From the NCBI GenBank assembly GCA_963826525.1, contig CAWGXH010000009.1, forward strand, positions 1 through 23,688: DNA of 23,688 bases. The letters run 5' to 3'. The position numbers and the translations under genes are program-made. The notes beneath the pieces were generated by a model. That model was not told where the DNA came from, ran no database searches, and saw nothing but the letters and a program-made list of their open reading frames with translations. Each line of letters starts with the position of its first letter. Position 1 is the first letter of the stretch. This document shows, one piece after another, positions 16,340 to 23,688 of this stretch. The stretch is from an uncultured Methanomicrobiaceae archaeon (lineage in GTDB: Archaea; Halobacteriota; Methanomicrobia; Methanomicrobiales; Methanoculleaceae).

Positions 16340-19142
16340 ATGTCGCACGGCACCATCGACCGACTCATCATCAACTCCCCGTACACCGAGCCGAAGCAGC
16401 ACTGGCGGTATAACCGCACGACCCGGTCGTTCGAACTCCTCCCCGGCAGACGCCCCGCCGGCTACATCGTCGCCTCCGAGAGCGCCCAGTCCTTCGACGA
16501 CCCCGGCACGTTCATCGAGATCCCGCTGGTCAACCTGATCCGCGAAAGGGTCAGAGCATGGCGGGATCAGGGGCTACCCCGGTATCACCGGGATCACCCG
16601 CCGCCTCCTCGACCACTGGAGAAACCCCGACGAACGGACGGATACCGCATTCTTCTTCTGCCAGGTCGAAGCAATCGAAACGCTCATCTGGATTGTCGAA
16701 GCGCCGGACTCCGCAAAGACCGGCATCGAGGTATCGTCCGACGGCGGCGAGTTCGTCCGGGACTGCTGCAAGATGGCAACCGGCACCGGCAAGACCGTCG
16801 TCATGGCCATGCTCATCGCATGGCAGGTCCTGAACAAGACGACGTACCCGAACGATCCACGATTCTCGCAGAACGTCCTCATCGTCGCCCCGGGACTTAC
16901 CGTAAAGAACCGGCTTTCGGTACTCGCCCCGTCCAGTGAAGGCAACTACTACGATGCCTTCAACATCACACCTCCCGGACTCTCCGAAAAACTGAGGCTC
17001 GGGAAAGTGCTCGTCCAGAACTGGCACGTCCTCTCCTGGGACAGTGAAGAGCAGATTGCAAAGCGGCGGAGCGTCGACAAACGCGGCCAGAAGAGCGACG
17101 AAGCCTACGTGCGGGAAGTCCTCAAAGAGATGAGCCGTCACAAGAACTTCCTCGTCATCAACGACGAAGCCCACCACGCCTGGCGCGTTCCCGCCGAATC
17201 CAAGATCAAAGGGGTGGCAAAAGAGGAGATTGACGAGGCAACCATCTGGGTGCAGGGGGCTCGATCGCATTCACCGGGCACGCAATATCCTTGCCTGTTT
17301 CGATTTCACCGCTACGCCGTTTGCCCCGAGCGGGAAGAAGAGCAGCGAAGAAGCCCTCTTCGATTGGGTCGTCAGCGACTTCTCACTCAACGACGCTATC
17401 GAGTCCGGCCTCGTGAAGACGCCCCGGGTTGTGGTCAGGGACGACGGCACGCTCTCTTCCGATTACAAATCCCGGTTCTATCACATCTACATGGACGAAG
17501 AGGTGCACGACAACCTCAACCGAAAAGCCGAGGAGTCCGAACCTCTCCCTGACCTGGTTACCTACGCATACTACTTCCTCGGGCTGGACTGGCAGGAGAA
17601 GAAGAAAGAATGGATGGCTGCAGGCAGGGAGACTCCGCCGGTCATGATCACCGTTGCAAACAGGACGGAGACGGCCGCACGAATTGCCTACTCCTTCACG
17701 CGCAAAAAGATCCTTATCGACGATCTCTGTGATGAAAAGCGCATTCTGCACATCGACTCAAAGGTGCTGAAAGAGGCCGAGACCCAGACCGAACCGCTCG
17801 CCGCACCGGTGGATGCAGAAGACGAGGAGACCGAGCGCCCGCTCACGAAAAAAAGAGCAGGCGGAACTATTGCGCCAGCAGGTCGATACCGTCGGAAAAG
17901 CAGGGCAACCGGGCGCCCAGATCCAGAACGTCATATCGGTCGGAATGCTCTCCGAGGGCTGGGACGCCCGGACGGTCACGCACATCATGGGGCTTCGCGC
18001 CTTCTCGAGCCAGCTCCTCTGTGAGCAGGTCGTCGGAAGAGGGCTGCGAAGAACCAACTACGAGGTTGATCCGGAGACAGGGCTGTTCTCGCCGAGGTAC
18101 GTGAACATCTTCGGCGTCCCGTTCACCTTCCTCCCGCACGAGGGCGGCGGCGACGCTCCCCCGAAACCCGAAAAGCCAAAGACGAAGATCGAAGCGCTCC
18201 CCTCCCGGCAGGAGTACGCCATCACCTGGCCGAACGTGCTACGGATCGAGCACTCGTACCGTCCGAAACTCTCCCTCGACATCGCGAAGGCAAAACCGCT
18301 CATCCTCGAGGCTGCCTCTACACCGAAGATCGCGGAACTCGCACCGATCATGGATGGGAAACCTGCCGTGGAACAGGTCACGACCATCGACCTCCAGAAA
18401 CTCGGTCAGCAATTCCGGCTCCAGCGCATCATCTTTGAAACGGCCCGGGACGTTCTCGACCAGATGCGGCCGGACTGGAAAGGTGCCGCATCCGATCTGG
18501 TCGGGCAGCTCATCCGGATCGTCGAGCAGTTCATCCGCTCGGACAAAATCAAATTCAACCCTGGCCTCTTCGGAGCCGACGAACTCCGCAGGCGTATCAT
18601 GCTCGTCCTCAACATGAACCGGGTCGTCCAGCATATCTACGAACAGATCCGCGAGGAGAACGCCGAGAAGGTCGAGCCCGTTCTCGATCAGGGTCGGCCG
18701 ATCCGTTCGACTATCGATATGCGCCCGTGGTACACCAGCAAACCCTGTGGCCACACGCGGAAGTCGCAGATTAACTTCTGTGTCTTCGATAGTACCCTGG
18801 GAGGCGACCGAGGCCTTCGCCCTTGACAACAGCCCCTCGGTTCGGACCTGGGCCAAAAACGATCATCTCGGTTTTGAGATCCTGTATCTGTTCAAGGGCG
18901 TGGTGAAGAAATACCGGCCGGATTATCTCATTCGACTGGTGAACGGCGACTATCTTGTTCTGGAGGTAAAGGGGCAGGACAGCCAGGAGAACCAGACAAA
19001 GCGCAATTTCCTTGCCGAGTGGATCAGGGCTATCAACAGTCACGGAGGGTTCGGCACATGGCATGCCGACGTTTCATTCAATCCGGCGGACATCGACGGC
19101 ATCATCGCCAAGTACGTGAACGAGACAGCAACCGGTAGGTGA
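16340..19142 (+). CDS. res: Type III-like restriction subunit (BPTD_3080-type; SF2 helicase + PD-(D/E)xK nuclease); frameshifted
   Basis: GGAGG RBS; LIINSPY, FFCQVEAIET, KMATGTGKT, INDEAHH, DFTATPF, SVGMLSEGWD, EQVVGRGLRR and YRPDYLI...LEVKG; frame changes near 16570, 17258, 17855 and 18800. Confidence 0.9.
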
Positions 19143-19249
19143 TGGCTTTTGCCAAAAGCGTGTGGTAGTGGATCAAACCCCTTCACCTTCTATCGGTATC
19201 AAATTTAATTCTGGAACCTGCAGAGCGTTGAAAAATAGACTCCCTTCTA

Positions 19250-20174
19250 TTAAGGAAATCTCTCTATCAAAATTTTGTTCTGGCATTTGAAACCAACCAC
19301 GAAGTAAAGATAGCAAATAAAAACCCCAAAAGTTATTCCAAAATAATGCGCTAAGAAAATCTACATTTAAACCGATGGGATTCTGCGGTAATAAAAACAA
19401 AGGATATAGCAAGAATAAGAAGGGAGACAAAAAAACCAACCAATAGGACACTGTATTTTCAGCTGCCTCCCTCAATATGAATTGTCCAATCTCCACGCAA
19501 TTTGGAAAGTAAAGTCCAAGAAATAGCACGAGGCCGAATGCCGTTAGATAAAGAACCACGGAGGGGACATACTGCACGTATGTCAATTCAAACACAAGAG
19601 CGATGTATATCATGCAAATCAAATAGAAGAGACTGTTATAATGGTTTTTACCGCTTTTCTGAGAAACATTTGCTATCCAAAAAGCAGGAATGAAACCAAA
19701 TATCGCGGAAATAACTCCAGAGGTACCTAATGCGATATCATACTGATTATACAGATTGGGGAGAAACAGTGGATAAATTGTCACTTTGATTATCGAGTCA
19801 ACAATTGGAAGACATATGGCCGTAGTGAAAAGTAAAATAAAGAAGTCTCTTTGCCTCTTTATGTTCACCGCCAGCAAAAAACAAATTATTCCAACTATGT
19901 AATACACAGAAAAGTTAGAATAAAAGTGCGAAAAGTCAGAATGAACATATGCCGAACTTACATATTGCCACCACTGTGGATCATGGTAGTGAAATGCAAA
20001 CGCAATTTTAAAACTATTACTAATCAGCGAAATATATTCTGCAACTAGAATAACTACAGGTATGACTAAAAAAAGAATAGCATCTGTTATTGTGATGTTT
20101 TCAATCAATTCAAGAAGACCTCTATGAGTATTTTTTAGGAAAGTGAGCGCTTTCACCCTTGATTCTATTTCCAT
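19250..20174 (-). CDS. Rhomboid-family intramembrane serine protease (AT-rich); one frameshift near 19355
   Basis: WWQYVSSAYVHSDFSHFYSN and GTSG (catalytic Ser); removing one base restores LAHYFG (catalytic His) and a stop at 19250; many TM segments. Confidence 0.75.
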
Positions 20175-21005
20175 GCTTAAAGTGTAGATACAATAAGGAT
20201 AAATCTTCGCCAACGATGTACATGATGCTCACCGTTTTCGATTTCGGGTTGCCTCAATAATGGAATACACGAATTTTACGATTAGAAAGGTTCATTAAGC
20301 GCTCTCAGCGTATCAGACAGTAATGACCGATCTGGAAAAGCAATTCTCTTCTCTTCTTTCAATTGGTGATCTGAAAGGGCAATCTGTGGAACAATCACTG
20401 GATATCATTGGTACTCTGACTGACATATCTTTTAACATTAACAACCCCGAAGGATCGAACCACGCTCAAACTCTGGCGATGGAACTTTTACAAAGAGAAT
20501 TGAGTGATGAGCAAAGAGCCCTAACACACTATTTCATAGCTAACACCGGGTCAGACCTTCGCAAACTTAAAGAAAGACAATCTGGACAGCTTTGCGGTTG
20601 GGAAAGTATAGAGATTGAGAATGAGATCACGCACCTTCGAAATGCCCTATGCATCGGTGTGTCTAATGACTATAAACACCCTTCTCCACTCTCAAATGAA
20701 AGGATATGCCAGATATACACAAATTTAGGTAACCTGTTAGATACAGTGGGTCGATTCGTCGAAGGACTTGAGTATCTCGATAAAGCGTTAACAATCGATC
20801 CGAATTTTGGCATGGCTATCGGCAATAAGGGACTTATAATCTATATCTATTCAGGAGCCCTTTACGATGATGGACATAGAGGGATATTCCTTCATTTTGC
20901 ATATAAATATTTGAAAGAATGTTTAAGTAAGCCCCTTTACGAACAAGCGAGTGAAACATTCAAGTGGTACGTCGACAGGTTTGAATCTTCCGTTCCTCAC
21001 GCTAT

Positions 21006-21851
21006 GAGCTCATCCCATAATTCTCCAGATCATCATGGCACATGCCAGGTGGATCAGGCCCGAGGAATGAGTGCTCATAGCGCTCATATCGGGGAGTAAT
21101 CTTCTTGAACGCCTCGATCCAGCTGAAGAACCGTTCGATGGCACTGCGCTTCTTGTAGAGTTCCGGATCGAACCAGAATGGCCTTCCTCGCTTCGGATGT
21201 ATCCGGGATCGCGGGTTGACCGGGATGTTGCTTTTTATTCGCCTCTTCCGGTTGTACTGGCGAATCTCCCGTGAATCGTAGGCTGCATCTGCCGAGATGA
21301 TCGAGGGATGAACCTGGACATCCGGAATCGCAAATGCTTCGAGGGTTGGTTCATAGAGCCGGGAATCGTGGATATTTGCCGGGAAGACGGTGCAGGCAAG
21401 CGGGAGACCGTTCCGATCGACCAGAGCACTCAGTTTGTTCCCATTCACCTTCTTATAGCCATCATAGCCGGTCGATCCCCCTTTTTTGCTGGGATATCCT
21501 TGGTATCGGTGGAACAGTGCGTGAGATCGATTTTCCGGATCTCATACCCGGAGTGGAGAAGGTCAAGGAAGATGGCCTGATAGACGCCGTTCTCGCAGAG
21601 TTCGAGGTGATAGCGGTGAACCGTCGATTTCGTGCCGTATTTACGCGGTACATCGTGCCAGGTGCAGCCGGTGGTCAGGACATACAGGATCCCGTTGAAC
21701 ATGGCACGGGGGTCGGTTCGCGGACGGCCGATATGGGGTTTCTGAGCGGGGAGATGCGTCTTGATGATTGCCCAGAGGTCATCGTCAATTTCCCGGAATG
21801 CCATACACCCTGAGTTTTATTCAAGACGCCTTATAATTATGGGATGTCCTC
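21006..21851 (-). mobile_element. IS5-family insertion sequence (846 bp, two-ORF IS427-like organisation)
   Basis: 17-bp TIRs GAGCTCATCCCATAATT and GAGGACATCCCATAATT (15/17 match); 3-bp direct repeat TAT at 21003-21005 and 21852-21854. Confidence 0.93.
21010..21804 (-). CDS. IS5-family DDE transposase, OrfA + OrfB joined by a -1 frameshift
   Basis: OrfA GRPRTD...NGILYVLTTGCTW; slippery A-AAA-AAG at 21487-21481; OrfB GYDGYKKVNGNKLSALVD, ADAAYD, YKKRSAIERFFSWIE; the corrected stop lies inside the TIR. Confidence 0.9.
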
Positions 21852-22754
21852 TATACTTGAAAATAAAATTGATCTGACATCACACTCAATGGGCAAATCA
21901 AAGCAGGAAAAGCAGTACCGCAAATGGTGCCTTGATAACAAATTATTTCTCAACCCCCCTCAATGATTTAGGTTCGTATCCCATTGCTAATCGAGACGTG
22001 CTAACTGCTCCATCAATTGTTGTAAAAATCAATGAAGGTCCAAACGATCATGCTTTTTATAGTCAAATGAAGCAAGAATTTGTTTCAGCTCGATTCCTTC
22101 TCTTTGAAGGAATAAGTTCTTCCAAACCGCACTTCTCCGACAGTGAATTACAATTATATAATACATTGGACTATCCCGTATACTGTCTCACAATTGAAAA
22201 AGTAAAGGCAGCATATAGAGTGACATACTCACTGTTTGATAAAATTGCCTTTTTCTTAAACCATTATCTCGAGTCTGTCAATTCCTGAAAAAAATATTAG
22301 TTTTAGAACAATCTGGTATGAGAAACAAGATCGGAAAAAAGGCGTCCGCACCGAATTTAAGAGAATGGAGAACTGGCCATTTCAAGGATTATTTTGGTTG
22401 AGTAAGGATCTATTTGAGGACAAGCCAGGATTCAAGGATTCGATTGAACCAGATGCCAGAGATCTGAACGTAGTAAGAAATCACCTTGAACATAAGTATC
22501 TTAAAATCCATGACCTGCCACTAAACTTTTCAACCCACCAAAGGGCTGGCTTCGGAGATACGCTGGCCTTCTCAGTATATCGTCAGGATTTTGAAAGTAA
22601 AACATTGAAAATCATGAAACTGGTGCGTGCGGCATTGATCTACCTGTCACTCGGGGTTAAAGTTGAAGAAGTTCGAAGAGCGAAGGAAAGAGGAGCGGAT
22701 CAGGTTTAACCAGGTTTGCCACTCGAAACATGGGAAGATAACTGGAAAAGATAA

Positions 22755-22760
22755 TTTTTT
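22755..22760 (+). terminator. Oligo-T archaeal terminator candidate
   Basis: TTTTTT immediately after the HEPN gene stop, facing the convergent cdc6. Confidence 0.4.
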
Positions 22761-22767
22761 GCTTAAC

Positions 22768-23688
22768 TCACCCACACACCTGCACCACCTTCTCCGCCTC
22801 GTACCGCAGCACGATATCCCGCGTCTTCCCCCCTTCGTTCCGGTGCTGCATATCGATCAGCCGCAGCTCGTCGAACTTCCGGAGCCGGTCGACGAAGACC
22901 GCATACGACAACTTCATCCGCTCCTTCGCCGACCGGAAAACCTCGCCGGACGTCAGCCTCACATCCTTCTGGCTCATCTCCGCGATATGCCGGAGCAGCC
23001 GCCGTTCGGCCGCGTTCAGCGTCCGCACCGTGCAGGCGAGATGCACGTAGCGCGAATGCTCGTAGGCGGTGCAGACATCCTCGCGGCAGACCTCCTTCCT
23101 CCCGGCCGCCTCCGCGAGCAGCACCGACCGCTTGATCAGGTCGAGCCCCACCCGGAGATCCCCGCACCGCATCGTCTGCTTCACCACGAAGTCGAGCATC
23201 TTCGCCGGGAGCACGCCCGGGTAGAGCCCCTGCGCCACCCGCTCCTTCAGGATACCGTGCATCTCCTGGGCCGTGTAGGGATCGAAGTAGATCTCCGCCG
23301 GCTGGAAGACCGAGGTCACGCAGGCGTCGAGCTCCGCCTTCAGGTCGCGGTGCACATCCGAGAGCGTCGCGATCACGCCCATCCGGGTGCCCGGGTACTC
23401 CTCGTGCGTCCGGATCAGAGTATAGAGCACGCCGTTCAAGGTCTCCGCGTCCTGCAGGTAGTTGATATCGTCCAGGCAGACCACCACAACCTGCTGCTCC
23501 TCCAGCATGTGGCGGGCGATCGCGTCGAGCACCTTCTTCTGCGGCACTCCGGTCATCTGCGGAATATGACCGATCAGTTTCTCGTAGACCTTCGCAAACA
23601 CCTTCATCCGCGTCCGTTCGACCTGGCAGTTCACGAAGACCGGCACAAGCGTCTGGGTCGTCTCCTCGATATCGGTGAAGAGCTTCTG
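22768..23688 (-). CDS. cdc6: Orc1/Cdc6-type replication initiator (copy 2; 5' end outside window)
   Basis: KLFTDIEETTQTLVPVFVNCQ, Walker B VCLDDINYL, SVFQPAEIYFDPYT, GDLRVGLDL and a C-terminal wHTH; the frame is open to the window edge. Confidence 0.92.
   Translation of the reverse strand, partial: QKLFTDIEETTQTLVPVFVNCQVERTRMKVFAKVYEKLIGHIPQMTGVPQKKVLDAIARHMLEEQQVVVVCLDDINYLQDAETLNGVLYTLIRTHEEYPGTRMGVIATLSDVHRDLKAELDACVTSVFQPAEIYFDPYTAQEMHGILKERVAQGLYPGVLPAKMLDFVVKQTMRCGDLRVGLDLIKRSVLLAEAAGRKEVCREDVCTAYEHSRYVHLACTVRTLNAAERRLLRHIAEMSQKDVRLTSGEVFRSAKERMKLSYAVFVDRLRKFDELRLIDMQHRNEGGKTRDIVLRYEAEKVVQVCG

Larger units (their letters stand above)
20323..22754 (+). pseudogene. TPR + LA2681-type HEPN domain protein, interrupted by an IS
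   Basis: QIYTNLGNLLDTVGRFVE (TPR), EKQYRKWCLDNKLFLNPLND, MKQEFVSARF, LYNTLDYPVY and RNHLEHKYLKIH (Rx4H). Removing 21006-21854 restores ...PHAILENKIDL...; further breaks near 21955 and 22278, and an in-frame TAA at 22707 before PGLPLETWEDNWKR. Confidence 0.85.

Noticed and set aside
4344-22754. Mass pseudogenisation or programmed frameshifting of cdc6, rep, mod, res, regulator, glycosylase and rhomboid
   Set aside because: The breaks are scattered single-base indels, mostly one extra base, with catalytic motifs intact and almost no nonsense codons. This pattern fits long-read sequencing error; read polishing would settle it.

Overview
This window looks like an accessory island (probably an integrative mobile element carrying defence cargo) from an archaeon. 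Archaeal TATA boxes, two Orc1/Cdc6 paralogues and a GC-rich backbone suggest a Methanomicrobiales methanogen (Methanoculleus-like; inference). Gene order: tyrosine integrase; MNT-HEPN toxin-antitoxin pair plus an orphan HicB; AT-rich DUF6236-like gene; a three-gene minus-strand operon (OB-fold-like protein, AGOG-family DNA glycosylase, YaaA/DUF6884-like protein) divergent from a DUF6293/HFX_2341-type CARF-like + wHTH regulator; two unknown ORFs; Orc1/Cdc6; three small ORFs; a large primase-Zn finger-AAA+ helicase-wHTH gene holding a dyad-symmetric iteron-like array; a small membrane protein; a type IIG R-M stub; a type III-like Mod/Res pair; a rhomboid protease; a TPR-HEPN (LA2681-type) gene interrupted by an IS5-family element; and a second Orc1/Cdc6. 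Most long genes are broken by single-base indels (mostly +1), most likely long-read errors, so their coordinates are reconstructed across frames. Best candidates for novelty: (1) the regulator-linked glycosylase operon, whose AGOG pocket appears to have become acidic (hypothesis: defence against 7-deazaguanine-modified viral DNA), and (2) the intragenic candidate replication origin at about 12350-12740. All family assignments come from motif recognition by eye, not from database searches.
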